In this document: one piece after another, positions 19,164 to 29,076 of the stretch
Layout of the letters: every line of letters begins with the position of its first letter
Position numbering within the stretch: the stretch's first letter is position 1
DNA from: Opitutia bacterium UBA1116
GTDB lineage: Bacteria > Verrucomicrobiota > Verrucomicrobiia > Opitutales > UBA1977
DNA length: 45,593 bases
Assembly (NCBI GenBank): GCA_002313355.1
Contig: DCBD01000129.1
Coordinates: 1 to 45,593, forward strand
Direction of reading: 5' to 3'
Made by a program: the position numbers and the translations under genes
The notes under the pieces: model-generated
Database searches by the model: none
Seen by the model: only the letters and a program-made list of their open reading frames with translations
What the model was told of the DNA's origin: nothing

Positions 19164-21866
19164 TTATTTTTGATGCGCAATTTTAGACAATTTAGCTTGT
19201 TTTTTACCAGCAAGATGAGCAAAACGCCAGACTGGATCATTGAGCGTTCCCGTTAGCTGCAAAGCCAATGCTTCATTGAGTGGAGCAAGCAGCAAAAGAG
19301 CCTGCGACAAAACGGGAACCTCTCCAAAGGGGAATATGCTTAGCCTAAAGTTAAGCCCTTGATCTGGAATACTATAGCTTCCTTCTGCAAAGATTTTCAT
19401 CGTAGAACCTGTTATCTCTGCATCAGGAAAATATATTAAATTTTCCTTTAGCAAAAAGCTAGAATGTGCTTCGTCTAGGGAAAAAGAAGCTATGGGCAAT
19501 ATTAATGCTGCATTAATTAATTTTGAAAGCCCCCCCAAAAAGTGTATCTCTCCTAAGCCTTTCTCCATTAAAGACACGTTGCCTTGCCCCGAAAAACTAC
19601 TAAAATCATCCGTATTTCCTTTTATGGAAAAACTAGCGTTTAAAATAGCTGGTGGCCGTGCATTTTCGTTGGATCTGGTCTTACTAAAAGGCTCTTCAAA
19701 TGATTTTAAAAAGGCAAAACTATTCATAACTTCATACCTATCAACATCGCTTAAGTGGCATGAAAGCGTTAAATCCCGACTTTCAGGAGCCCATTCGGCA
19801 TACCCACTGCCAACACCTCCTGCAATCTTGCAGTCAATCGGATCAATAAAAATTAATGGCCCATTGCTAAATGCTACAAAACTTAACTGGCCTAATGGAA
19901 TTTCAAGAAATGCCAAAGGCCCCTCAGCAAATGCGGTCAAAGTAAAATTATCTTTTTTTGTTAAAATCGATTCTTGAGAGAAAAGTTCTCCAGAAAAAAT
20001 AATCTTTGGAGGCTGTGAGCACTCAAACATATCAACATAGTGACGAGCAAATGAAATCAGTTCAAAATAAGTAAGAGGCAGTGTACTTTCTAAATCAATA
20101 TAGCAGCGTTTCAAGCCATCCATCTTTTGGCCAAACTGCCAGCACACCGAACCACTGGCACACCCCAGTGGATCTTCAATTAAAAATTCATCCAACAAAA
20201 CATTGCCCTGTGAAAGCAACACTCTGCTTTTAGCAAAAGGAACATATTGTTGCTCATAGTAGCAATCAATAACTTGTGCATTTGCATATAAGGATACTTC
20301 CTCGATATGCTCCCAGCTTCCCTGAATATCAATATCTCCAGCAAGAAATGTCTGATAAAAACTCAAAGGACGCCAAATACCAGTCCACCAATCAGGAAGC
20401 CAAACATTCAACAGTTTTGGATCAAAGGAATCATAAAGCAAAAACCTAAATGAAGAATCCCCAAAATGCTGCTTAGCGTTACCACGCAAAGTCCAACCAG
20501 GCCCATAAACTGCAATATCTTCAAACCAAACCTGCTCTTTTGTTACAAATGCCTTTGCAAATGCATTTTGAACCCATCGGTCCGCAAGTACAGCAAGCCC
20601 TGTCTGAGCCCTCAACTCAGCATACTCCAACTGGAAACCCGCCTGAATGTTTATAGAGCCAGATATTCGCAAAGGCTCTTTAAAGTTAATTTCGCTTATA
20701 TAATGTCTCCATGAATAAGGATCCAGAAAGCTTTTACACACATCAGGATGGATAATTCCATCAAATCTGCCTTCACCAGATTGTGTGCTCCAATTCCAAT
20801 CTAAATCTCCTTTTAAAAAAGAATCCCCTGCAAGGACCCAGTATGCGCCCAATTGATGTGGTAATAAATCTAAATTCAACTTAGCCCCTAAGGCTGCTGC
20901 GTCAAAATATGAAGACCTTACGTCATTTCCCACAAAATAAACATCACTCCAATTTTTCAAATTGCCCGTTGTTTCTATCTGAACAAATGCTCGTAACGCA
21001 CTAAGATAAGGCTCCCAATGAAAATCCTTTAAAATCAACGTGAATGGATGCTCGCAATAAAAGTTTGTCATCGATAGAGCCGTAGCTGTTAAGGCACCTC
21101 GAATATTAGAGGCATACGCTCCTTGCAAAGACTCCCATTCATCTGCAAAAAAATTTATTTCAATTTCTGTTCGATGTCCTTCAGCTTTTACATTAAAAAC
21201 TCCGCTTAAGTTTTTCAGTGTTTCTATATACTTTTTATACCCTAACACCTCTCCTAATTGAAACATCCACTGGTCTAAGCCTTTAGACTTTCCCTGAAAG
21301 TCTGTCCCTGCAGTCAAAACCTCTTTGTTTACCCGACCAGAACCAAAAAGCTTAATTCCTAAAAAAATTCCCGAAAGATTTTTAATATTCCAGGAATATC
21401 TTTCTTGCTGAAAATTAATATTTAAACTTTCAACAAGTTTTAATTCAGTCCCTGAAGGAGAATAAATAGGGGGGTAGAATAAATTTCCATTTACAATATA
21501 CCATTCCTTGATGACCACTTTTTTATTAGCAAATAGACTCCATAGACTGAATCGAATAGAAATTTGCTTTGCACTAAAAAGCGGCACATCTAGAGCACGC
21601 CCATAAATATCAACATCGTAAGCATGCAATACCCCTGCTAAATCCATTTCTAGACGATTTGCAGAATAAAAAAGACCTAGACTACTTAGCTCTTCCTCAA
21701 CTCCATACTCGAGCTCTATGGGAATAGGTATCTTCCAGTGAGCCATGGCTAACCCCAAATAGAAGCACTGGCATATCAGCGCCAAACCAAGAACGCCATT
21801 AAGCAAAATATACAATAACTTCACAAAAATCTTGTAGCTCAAATAAATCCCCCGCAAAGCGTGCAA
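19164..21866 (-). CDS. large N-terminally anchored envelope protein, AsmA/TamB/YhdP-like (putative)
   Basis: 900-aa ORF with a non-ATG start; TTG is called, and there is no ATG before the predicted TM helix. One N-terminal TM helix is followed by a long aromatic-rich, strand-like sequence. The C-terminal LQLTGTLNDPVWRF resembles the GTL..P motif near the C-terminus of AsmA-like proteins. It is the last gene of the ABC/GldG/DUF4340 string. Confidence 0.5.
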   Translation of the reverse strand: MHALRGIYLSYKIFVKLLYILLNGVLGLALICQCFYLGLAMAHWKIPIPIELEYGVEEELSSLGLFYSANRLEMDLAGVLHAYDVDIYGRALDVPLFSAKQISIRFSLWSLFANKKVVIKEWYIVNGNLFYPPIYSPSGTELKLVESLNINFQQERYSWNIKNLSGIFLGIKLFGSGRVNKEVLTAGTDFQGKSKGLDQWMFQLGEVLGYKKYIETLKNLSGVFNVKAEGHRTEIEINFFADEWESLQGAYASNIRGALTATALSMTNFYCEHPFTLILKDFHWEPYLSALRAFVQIETTGNLKNWSDVYFVGNDVRSSYFDAAALGAKLNLDLLPHQLGAYWVLAGDSFLKGDLDWNWSTQSGEGRFDGIIHPDVCKSFLDPYSWRHYISEINFKEPLRISGSINIQAGFQLEYAELRAQTGLAVLADRWVQNAFAKAFVTKEQVWFEDIAVYGPGWTLRGNAKQHFGDSSFRFLLYDSFDPKLLNVWLPDWWTGIWRPLSFYQTFLAGDIDIQGSWEHIEEVSLYANAQVIDCYYEQQYVPFAKSRVLLSQGNVLLDEFLIEDPLGCASGSVCWQFGQKMDGLKRCYIDLESTLPLTYFELISFARHYVDMFECSQPPKIIFSGELFSQESILTKKDNFTLTAFAEGPLAFLEIPLGQLSFVAFSNGPLIFIDPIDCKIAGGVGSGYAEWAPESRDLTLSCHLSDVDRYEVMNSFAFLKSFEEPFSKTRSNENARPPAILNASFSIKGNTDDFSSFSGQGNVSLMEKGLGEIHFLGGLSKLINAALILPIASFSLDEAHSSFLLKENLIYFPDAEITGSTMKIFAEGSYSIPDQGLNFRLSIFPFGEVPVLSQALLLLAPLNEALALQLTGTLNDPVWRFAHLAGKKQAKLSKIAHQK

Positions 21867-21882
21867 TATCTAGAAATATCTT

Positions 21883-23733
21883 TTAATTACTAACAGATAA
21901 AACCTCCCCTGACGCATGAAGCAAAACAAACAATGCATCAATCATAGGCTGTGTTAAAGAAAAGACGACTCCATGAGATGGAGATGCTCCAATCTGCATA
22001 GTACCGCCAAGTCGTTCAGAAAAATAAATTTTTATTATTTTTTGCTTCTCGTTTTCAGCCCCATCCACTTCTACTAACGCCTCCATAAGGTACTCCCATT
22101 TGATTTCATTATCAGAATCTAATCTATAGGAATCTGCATAAGAATCAGAAAGGTAATCTTTAACATAAAAAGAACGTACACTAGTAAGTAACTCCTCTAG
22201 AGGCCTTCGAACAGTATCTGGTTCTTTTGACAAAAACTCGTCCCATGTTTGATCTTTGCTTAATTCATGTGCAAAAAGCATTTTATCACTAATTACATTT
22301 TTCAAGCTCAGGCTAAAAATCCGAGAAGTATCAGGTAGCTCTTCAAGCAATCGATTTTTATAGTGCAAGGCATTTAATGGAGTTTGATCCAATAAAAAAA
22401 GAGGAACCTCATAAACATGAGACGAATTTTCTCTCTTCGCATAAAGTAACTTTTTAGTATAATCAATACCACCGAAAATAATGGTTTTCTCTTGGGAATT
22501 ATTAAAGACAATCGTTCTTTGTGGAGACTCAAAACCGAGTCTTTTAAAATCATCTAAAGAGGGTGCATCGCTCTCAAAGCGCACGGCTTCCAAATTCGAG
22601 AATGACTCTATCAATCCTTCAATAATCTTCGTATCACCATTAAAACTAACCGAAGCAACGCCTGCGTTTTTAGCCGCAACCTTCCAGCTTTCATTTTCAA
22701 GCTTTTGCAATATCACTGACTTTTCTGATTGTACAATTTCGACAGAATTTATTTTTTGTGGATCCAGGACAAGAATTGTTCGATCACGCAAAATTTCTTG
22801 TGCATCTTTAAGCTGCTCAATTACAGTCGAGCATAACTTAAACACCATGGGAGAATTCTCTAGTTTAGCATAATAACAAAGTGCATCATCATGGCTAACA
22901 GGCTGACCAACCAAAAGTGTCTGACGCCTAGTGCCTCCTTGAATAGTAACTCTTACCGATGGATCCACCAATCCATATAAACTCAAGTTAGAACTATCTA
23001 CAAACTCATCAATAGATACTGCATTGAGCTGAGCCAATATACTTTCAACCCTAGCATTGTCTGCCAATGCCTGTATTGGAGCCTCCAGTTTCCACTGTTG
23101 ATCATTCTTAACCAATCTAACCTTCAGAGCATTAGGCTTATTCATCTGAACTGTGATCGAGTTAACCTCAAAAAGTGGAATGTCAAAAATTTGAGAATTT
23201 TTTAAATCAATTAGGTCAACGACTAAGCTATCCAAAAAATCTTTATTTACAACGATGACCTCTTTTTCATCAGGTCCTAATATATAAAGGCGATTCCCTA
23301 ATTCCGTTGGAGCTCCAATTTTTAATACAACAGTGTTTCGGCCTGAGAATAGCGTCAACACCAGGATCGGATCTTCTAGCCCGTAATCACTTAATTTTTG
23401 ATCAGCTTGAAGTATATCCTGAACGGTAAAACGTGCTTCTACATTGAGAAATTCAAGCTGCGTTAAAATTCTTTGGACTGCAAAATAGTTAGCAGGCCAG
23501 TCAACCGGACTAAGAATTACCCACTGATTATTCTTTTTTTCCAAAATACGTGGCGCATCCAGCAAAGCTCCACTCATCTCAATTCGATTAATAGCTAATA
23601 TTTCTGAACTATCCCATCCCGTTACACCCGATGCCGTCTCTTGCCCCAAACCGATCTCGTCAGTCCAATAATGTATGGTCAAGAAAGCCAGCGCATTTAA
23701 AACAAAAAGTACAAGTGTTAATTTAAAACGCAT
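21883..23733 (-). CDS. DUF4340-like periplasmic protein, N-terminally anchored
   Basis: 616 aa with the N-terminal TM MRFKLTLVLFVLNALAFLTIHYW. The body is repetitive, beta-rich and soluble. Its position immediately after a GldG-like gene is where DUF4340 proteins typically occur. The family was not verified by search. Confidence 0.55.
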   Translation of the reverse strand: MRFKLTLVLFVLNALAFLTIHYWTDEIGLGQETASGVTGWDSSEILAINRIEMSGALLDAPRILEKKNNQWVILSPVDWPANYFAVQRILTQLEFLNVEARFTVQDILQADQKLSDYGLEDPILVLTLFSGRNTVVLKIGAPTELGNRLYILGPDEKEVIVVNKDFLDSLVVDLIDLKNSQIFDIPLFEVNSITVQMNKPNALKVRLVKNDQQWKLEAPIQALADNARVESILAQLNAVSIDEFVDSSNLSLYGLVDPSVRVTIQGGTRRQTLLVGQPVSHDDALCYYAKLENSPMVFKLCSTVIEQLKDAQEILRDRTILVLDPQKINSVEIVQSEKSVILQKLENESWKVAAKNAGVASVSFNGDTKIIEGLIESFSNLEAVRFESDAPSLDDFKRLGFESPQRTIVFNNSQEKTIIFGGIDYTKKLLYAKRENSSHVYEVPLFLLDQTPLNALHYKNRLLEELPDTSRIFSLSLKNVISDKMLFAHELSKDQTWDEFLSKEPDTVRRPLEELLTSVRSFYVKDYLSDSYADSYRLDSDNEIKWEYLMEALVEVDGAENEKQKIIKIYFSERLGGTMQIGASPSHGVVFSLTQPMIDALFVLLHASGEVLSVSN

Positions 23734-23741
23734 AATCTATT

Positions 23742-25217
23742 TTAATTTTTACGCTTAAGAAAAACAGCCAAGCCTATCATTCCAATAAAAGCAGGAAGCC
23801 CCAAGCAATATCGTAAATATCGCAAAAATTCTTCTTGGCTAATGGCCAACTGATGGTACTCAAAAGTTACAGGATCTACTCTCAAAACTTCATCATCCTT
23901 AAAGGCCCAACTCAAAATACCAAAAAGCAGCATTTCATTGCCTAAAAGTCCTAAACGGTGATTAACAATTACATCACTATTACCCAAAACAAGCACACGC
24001 CCTCCAGGGATACTCAAACCTAAATGCGATGCTACTGTCTCTTCGGACAAAACAGCCAAGCTAAGCGGCCCAGGAATATCCTTATCTGCATCATATTCAG
24101 GATTTTTAAATACGGCCCTTCCTCCTTCTCCCCAACTCTGATCTGAACTTGCCATTAATGCCATAGCTTTACGTTTTTTATCAAACGGCCGCCCTAAATC
24201 AACCCTAACAGGTCGAGTAAGACCTGCCAAAACCGTCAGCCTATAATCTATGAGAGAACTATTAATGGAATGCTCTGCAAAACGTCTAATAATAATATCT
24301 CCATCAGGATTTTGATACTCTTGCCCAACATCATAAACAATAGCGTCATCGACCACTATTCCCCAATCTAACAGAAGATTTGTTAACCCATGTGGCTTAA
24401 CAGGGTCCATAAAAACAGCAAGGGTACCTTGCCGCTCTTCTAAATACTGCCTTAACTTCTCAACCTCAGAAGCAAGTAATGCAACTTGCGGTGAAACAAC
24501 CATCACTAAATCAGCATCTTCAGGAACTTTACTTACCAAGCTTAAATCCAAACTACTCGCCTCTAACCCTTTAGATCTTAAAATTCCTGAAACTTGAGAT
24601 AGTCCGCGTATAGGGTCTACGCTATCTAAACTCATTTCACCATGGCCGCTTAAAAAATAAATTTTAGGATGTTTTTTTGAAATTATCGATAAAATGGCTT
24701 TCGTCACAGCCTGCTCTCCCTTAAATCCAGATATTTGGCCATTCTTGGCATCATAAAAATCCGTATCTAGAATTTGATAATATTTATCACCGCTAGCAAT
24801 TAAGACGGAATTTGTACGCTGCAATTTATATTTGCTAGCTAATTCTTCTGCCCGCTTTCTTTCTTTATACAAATCCACATATTCCACCTCAAACATATTT
24901 TCTCCAACGCTTCGCATCGCATAATCATATTCTTTAAGTAAAGATTTTATATATGCATAAACATCTTCAGAACCTGGCTCTTCAGAGTTTGGAGTAAAGG
25001 TTACAATAACCTCCAATGGATCTTCTACTTTTTGCAAATATGCTAATGTTTCAGGAGATAAACTATACCCTGCACCCTGCATCAATGGTTTTCTCAAATA
25101 GAAATGAGCTGCCATCCAGTTTATAGCAACCAGTAGTGTCAACGCCATTATAGTTTGTATAACACGATTACCACATCGAACCCAATTAGCAGTTTTAAAA
25201 TCATTCAATTTTCTCAT
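23742..25217 (-). CDS. GldG-like ABC transporter auxiliary protein (ABC-type uncharacterized transport system)
   Basis: 491 aa with TM helices at both termini and a large extracytoplasmic loop. The block KIYFLSGHGE is characteristic of GldG-family proteins. It follows the ABC-2 permease with a 1-nt gap. Confidence 0.7.
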   Translation of the reverse strand: MRKLNDFKTANWVRCGNRVIQTIMALTLLVAINWMAAHFYLRKPLMQGAGYSLSPETLAYLQKVEDPLEVIVTFTPNSEEPGSEDVYAYIKSLLKEYDYAMRSVGENMFEVEYVDLYKERKRAEELASKYKLQRTNSVLIASGDKYYQILDTDFYDAKNGQISGFKGEQAVTKAILSIISKKHPKIYFLSGHGEMSLDSVDPIRGLSQVSGILRSKGLEASSLDLSLVSKVPEDADLVMVVSPQVALLASEVEKLRQYLEERQGTLAVFMDPVKPHGLTNLLLDWGIVVDDAIVYDVGQEYQNPDGDIIIRRFAEHSINSSLIDYRLTVLAGLTRPVRVDLGRPFDKKRKAMALMASSDQSWGEGGRAVFKNPEYDADKDIPGPLSLAVLSEETVASHLGLSIPGGRVLVLGNSDVIVNHRLGLLGNEMLLFGILSWAFKDDEVLRVDPVTFEYHQLAISQEEFLRYLRYCLGLPAFIGMIGLAVFLKRKN

Positions 25218-25218
25218 G

Positions 25219-25983
25219 CTATGCCTTAGCTTCGATAACCCAACTTGTTATTCCTAAAATAACAAAAGCACTGCTCAAATACAAAACTACGGGCCTTGTA
25301 TCTATCACCCCTTCCATAAAATCATCTAGATGAGAAAACGTTTGTAAATACTCCGAATAATCACGAAATAAGCTCAATTGAGGTTCACTTAAAAGAGGCG
25401 CTTCCAATAAAAAGCGCCCTCCAATCAACACAGCAAACAAAAGGCTAAATGTTAGCATCGACGCAGTCACCTGACTTCTCGTTAAGCTACTAGCAAAAAT
25501 GCCAAGAGCGACATAAAAAGCACCTACAATAGCAATGAAGCAATACCCTCCCACCAATGTCTCAAAAGATAATATAAAATAGCTTTGTGCTTCAGATGCT
25601 AAAACAAAATTTAGCAAAAATGGCAAAACAAGAGCCCCACTCCACAAAATCATATAAAAAGAATATGTGCTCAAAAACTTACTAACAACAACTTGCCACG
25701 GCCTTACTAAAGTTGCCATCAAAGGCTCTAATGTGCCAAGACGTCGACTTTCAGCAAAAGTTTTCATTGTTAGTAAAGGGACAATGAACAATGTCGGTAA
25801 CCAAAAAATACGAAAAAAAGGCTCCACCAAAGGTTTAGTGTTTAACGTTCGGGAATACTCGTAAACAATTCCTAAAAATAGAACGTCTACTAAAAGCAAA
25901 AACAAAACAGCAATAACATAAGTACCTGAAGACAGTACCATCATTTTTAACTCGTGCAGCGTCAAATAAATCAATCTCTTCAT
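25219..25983 (-). CDS. ABC-2 type transporter permease (GldF-like)
   Basis: 254 aa with about six hydrophobic helices. It lies between the ABC ATPase and the GldG-like gene. Confidence 0.7.
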   Translation of the reverse strand: MKRLIYLTLHELKMMVLSSGTYVIAVLFLLLVDVLFLGIVYEYSRTLNTKPLVEPFFRIFWLPTLFIVPLLTMKTFAESRRLGTLEPLMATLVRPWQVVVSKFLSTYSFYMILWSGALVLPFLLNFVLASEAQSYFILSFETLVGGYCFIAIVGAFYVALGIFASSLTRSQVTASMLTFSLLFAVLIGGRFLLEAPLLSEPQLSLFRDYSEYLQTFSHLDDFMEGVIDTRPVVLYLSSAFVILGITSWVIEAKA

Positions 25984-25986
25984 AGT

Positions 25987-26985
25987 TTATTCATTATTTT
26001 TATTTAATACACGAACCGTGGAAGATTGACTCCAACTGGGTTTCGTTGCTGCTAAAAAAACATCTTCCAGATGAGGCTGCTTTTGCTCAAAACTTCTTAA
26101 TTCTAGTTCTGGATGAACGCTTATGGATCGAATTAAAACAGCTGCAATGGGAATCGATGAAATTGTAACTACTTCCAAATCGTAAAACCCATTGCTATCC
26201 TGCTTTTGTCTCTCAATGGCTATTGGCGCATCAGGAAAAGATCTTAAAAGATCTTCAAAAACATTTATGGGTCCGCGCACGGAAATTACATAGCGTGCTT
26301 CAGGAAAAAATTGTTGCTTAAGCTCTCTGGTCGTTCCTGATGCAACAATTTTCCCATGATTAATGATAATAGCACGATCACAAGTTGTCTCAATCTCATG
26401 CAAAATATGACTAGAAATAACAATAGTCATCTGGCCCCTTAATTGGTCGAATAGGCGCCTCATGCTCAATATCTGATGAGGATCAAGACCAATTGTTGGC
26501 TCATCCATAATCACAATCTTAGGTTCTCCCAACAAGGCATCTGCAACCCCAATTCGTTGACGAAATCCTTTAGACAAAGCATGAATCATCTTGTTTTTTG
26601 CAGTGCGCTCAAGATCGCAAACCTCCATAACCTCATTGACACGCTTTTTTCGCCTGTGCTTGTCTAAGCCTTTTAAATGACCTCGGTAATTTAAATACTC
26701 CCTAACGCGCATATCTTCAGGCAATGGATTGTTTTCAGGCATGAAGCCAATATATTCACTTGCCTTCTCTGGATATCTTGCAACTGAAACACCACACACA
26801 TCTACACATCCCGCATTTGCGGAGCACAAGCCACACAATATGCGCATTGTAGTACTTTTTCCTGCACCGTTAGGACCCAAGAATCCTACAATTTCACCAG
26901 ATTCGACAAAAAAGGATAAGTCATCAATGGCCTGAATTGAGCCATAATGTTTGTAAAGATTTCGAACGGAAATGTCTTGTCTCAC
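25987..26985 (-). CDS. ABC transporter ATP-binding protein (GldA-like)
   Basis: 332 aa with a GTG start. It has Walker A GPNGAGKST, signature LSKGFRQRIG, Walker B IVIMDEPTIGLD and the H-loop SSHIL. Confidence 0.93.
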   Translation of the reverse strand: MRQDISVRNLYKHYGSIQAIDDLSFFVESGEIVGFLGPNGAGKSTTMRILCGLCSANAGCVDVCGVSVARYPEKASEYIGFMPENNPLPEDMRVREYLNYRGHLKGLDKHRRKKRVNEVMEVCDLERTAKNKMIHALSKGFRQRIGVADALLGEPKIVIMDEPTIGLDPHQILSMRRLFDQLRGQMTIVISSHILHEIETTCDRAIIINHGKIVASGTTRELKQQFFPEARYVISVRGPINVFEDLLRSFPDAPIAIERQKQDSNGFYDLEVVTISSIPIAAVLIRSISVHPELELRSFEQKQPHLEDVFLAATKPSWSQSSTVRVLNKNNE

Positions 26986-27116
26986 AATTATTTAAATGTC
27001 AGCAGCGATCTAATCAGAAGTGTTTTTTTAAAATTATAGTTACTTCATAATTTTTCTTCAAGTTCTTTAAAACCACTATGCATAGTCCCACTATTTCCTT
27101 TGGCATTCTACCTTCC

Positions 27117-28103
27117 TCATTTTTTTGCTAAAGTGACATCCCCTGCTTGAAACCTTTGGACACTGCCATCAGACAAAGCAACAACTAAAGACCCTGTATC
27201 ATCAATACCCTTGGCGACTCCATCCCATGACTTTTTTTCGCCTTGTACCACTGTTACCTTTTGGTCAAACAAAGCATCTAATTCCTTCCACAGTGTATGA
27301 AACTTATCTTTAAAATCATTCTTAATAAAGCTTTCGTAAGCATCAAAAATTAAGACAATAATAGACGATGCTAGCGAATTAATATCAAAAGTTTTCCCGG
27401 CCACTTCAGCAAGGCATGTTGCCCTATTACGAACAACCTCAGGCCACAACTTAGAATCACTATTCACGTTTAATCCCAAACCAAAAACAAGACTGCTCAT
27501 TTGATCCGCTTCAATTTGAGCCTCTGTCAAAATGCCTGAAAGTTTTTTACCTTCGAAAATAATATCATTAGGCCATTTGATTTTAAACCCAGGATGCAAC
27601 TCATTTAAAAAAGAACATATAGAAACCGCTCCCCAAAGCGTGAATAACTGCATGCGCTCCGGCGCTTGGTTAGGCCTGCATGCAAAAGTCATATATAAAT
27701 TTCCTTCATCAGATGCCGCCCATTGGCGACCCAACCTTCCACGACCTGCACTTTGTTTTTTTGCAATAACCAAAGAAGGGGCACTACAGCCATCAGCTAG
27801 TTTCCGCTGTGCTTCTAAATTTGTGCTGTCTATTTCTTCATAAAAAAACAAGGGGCATTGTCTTTTTTTAAGCCTTATGTGTGCACTAAGAAAATCAGGG
27901 TGTATGCTTTTGGGTACTTCACTTATACGATAACCTCGATTCTTAACAGCATGAAAAAGTATTCCTTGTTTTTGGAGCTTTTCCATTCTTTTCCAGATAC
28001 TCACTCGACTCATTTTCAAGGTTTTAGCCAAAACACTGCCAGACACATAGCTTGGCATGTTTTTTAATAAAATCTCGAGTATCTCAATGTTTAGATTATC
28101 CAT
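27117..28103 (-). CDS. birA: bifunctional biotin-[acetyl-CoA-carboxylase] ligase / biotin operon repressor
   Basis: 328 aa. It has an N-terminal winged HTH (SGSVLAKTLKMSRVSIWKRMEKLQKQGI), the ligase motif GRGRLGRQW and KWPNDI. Confidence 0.9.
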   Translation of the reverse strand: MDNLNIEILEILLKNMPSYVSGSVLAKTLKMSRVSIWKRMEKLQKQGILFHAVKNRGYRISEVPKSIHPDFLSAHIRLKKRQCPLFFYEEIDSTNLEAQRKLADGCSAPSLVIAKKQSAGRGRLGRQWAASDEGNLYMTFACRPNQAPERMQLFTLWGAVSICSFLNELHPGFKIKWPNDIIFEGKKLSGILTEAQIEADQMSSLVFGLGLNVNSDSKLWPEVVRNRATCLAEVAGKTFDINSLASSIIVLIFDAYESFIKNDFKDKFHTLWKELDALFDQKVTVVQGEKKSWDGVAKGIDDTGSLVVALSDGSVQRFQAGDVTLAKK

Positions 28104-28119
28104 GAATTTTTAAACTATA

Positions 28120-29037
28120 CTACAACCAGTCCATGCCAATATCCGACCAAACACTTTGATGGGTAATGGCCCCACTTGATATGAAATCTAAACCCAAATG
28201 AGCATACGCGCTTAAAGTCTCTTGAGTGATATTGCCACTCGCTTCGGTATAAACCCTTCCCTGCGTCAAGGCAAGCCCCTGTAGAACAGCCTCCGCAGAA
28301 AAATTATCAAATAAAATAGCATCTGCCTGCGTATCTAAAACCAATTCAACTTGATCCAAACGATCTATCTCTACTTCTATTGGAAGCAAGGGAGCTCTTT
28401 GCTTTAGCTCATCTATATATGATTTAAGTACACCAGGTCTCTCAAAACCACGAGCCCCCCAATCATTATCTTTAAGCATAATGCGGTCAAACAAGCCTTT
28501 GCGGTGACTCCATCCACCACCACACGCAACTGCATATTTTTCTAAAGCTCGAAGTCCTGGAGTTGTTTTGCGTGTATCCAGAAGTCGTGTGTTTGTATCA
28601 CCCATAATATTAACATACTTATAGGTCATGTAGGCTATTCCACTCAAGTGCTGCAAAAAATTTAAAATCACGCGCTCTGCAGACAACAATATATTCATCG
28701 GGCCTTTTAGTTTACCCAGACAATCGCCTTTTTTTAAAAACGACCCATCACTTAAAGCACTTTCGAAATGACACCCTGATCCATATATATTCAACACAAC
28801 TTGCACCATTTTTATGCCGCACAACACGCAATCTGAGCGAGAGACTAAAACGGCCTCGCCTTCCGCATGATTTTCTAATGAAACAGGGTTAATCCAAGTC
28901 TCTTTATTTTTAGCCCAACCTAAGGCATGAAGATCTTCCGCTTTAGCAAGCTCGATACATTTTTCGATATAACAAGGGTCAATATCAGCCCATTGTATTT
29001 TTTTATAGAAATGCTCCTTGAAGGCCTGTGTACACAT
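28120..29037 (-). CDS. nadC: nicotinate-nucleotide pyrophosphorylase (carboxylating)
   Basis: 305 aa. The block LLDTRKTTPGLRALEKYAVACGGGWSHRKGLFDRIMLKDN is the conserved QPRTase core. Confidence 0.92.
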   Translation of the reverse strand: MCTQAFKEHFYKKIQWADIDPCYIEKCIELAKAEDLHALGWAKNKETWINPVSLENHAEGEAVLVSRSDCVLCGIKMVQVVLNIYGSGCHFESALSDGSFLKKGDCLGKLKGPMNILLSAERVILNFLQHLSGIAYMTYKYVNIMGDTNTRLLDTRKTTPGLRALEKYAVACGGGWSHRKGLFDRIMLKDNDWGARGFERPGVLKSYIDELKQRAPLLPIEVEIDRLDQVELVLDTQADAILFDNFSAEAVLQGLALTQGRVYTEASGNITQETLSAYAHLGLDFISSGAITHQSVWSDIGMDWL

Positions 29038-29076
29038 TTAGCCAAGCTAAAATTTTCCCCGATTTTGCCAAGAGTA

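Noticed and set aside
19492-19977. 161-aa plus-strand ORF, and similar ones at 20466..20714 and 22481..22873
   Set aside because: They are antisense to the long minus-strand envelope genes, which have coherent TM-plus-domain architecture and operon packing. The antisense ORFs have no such support.
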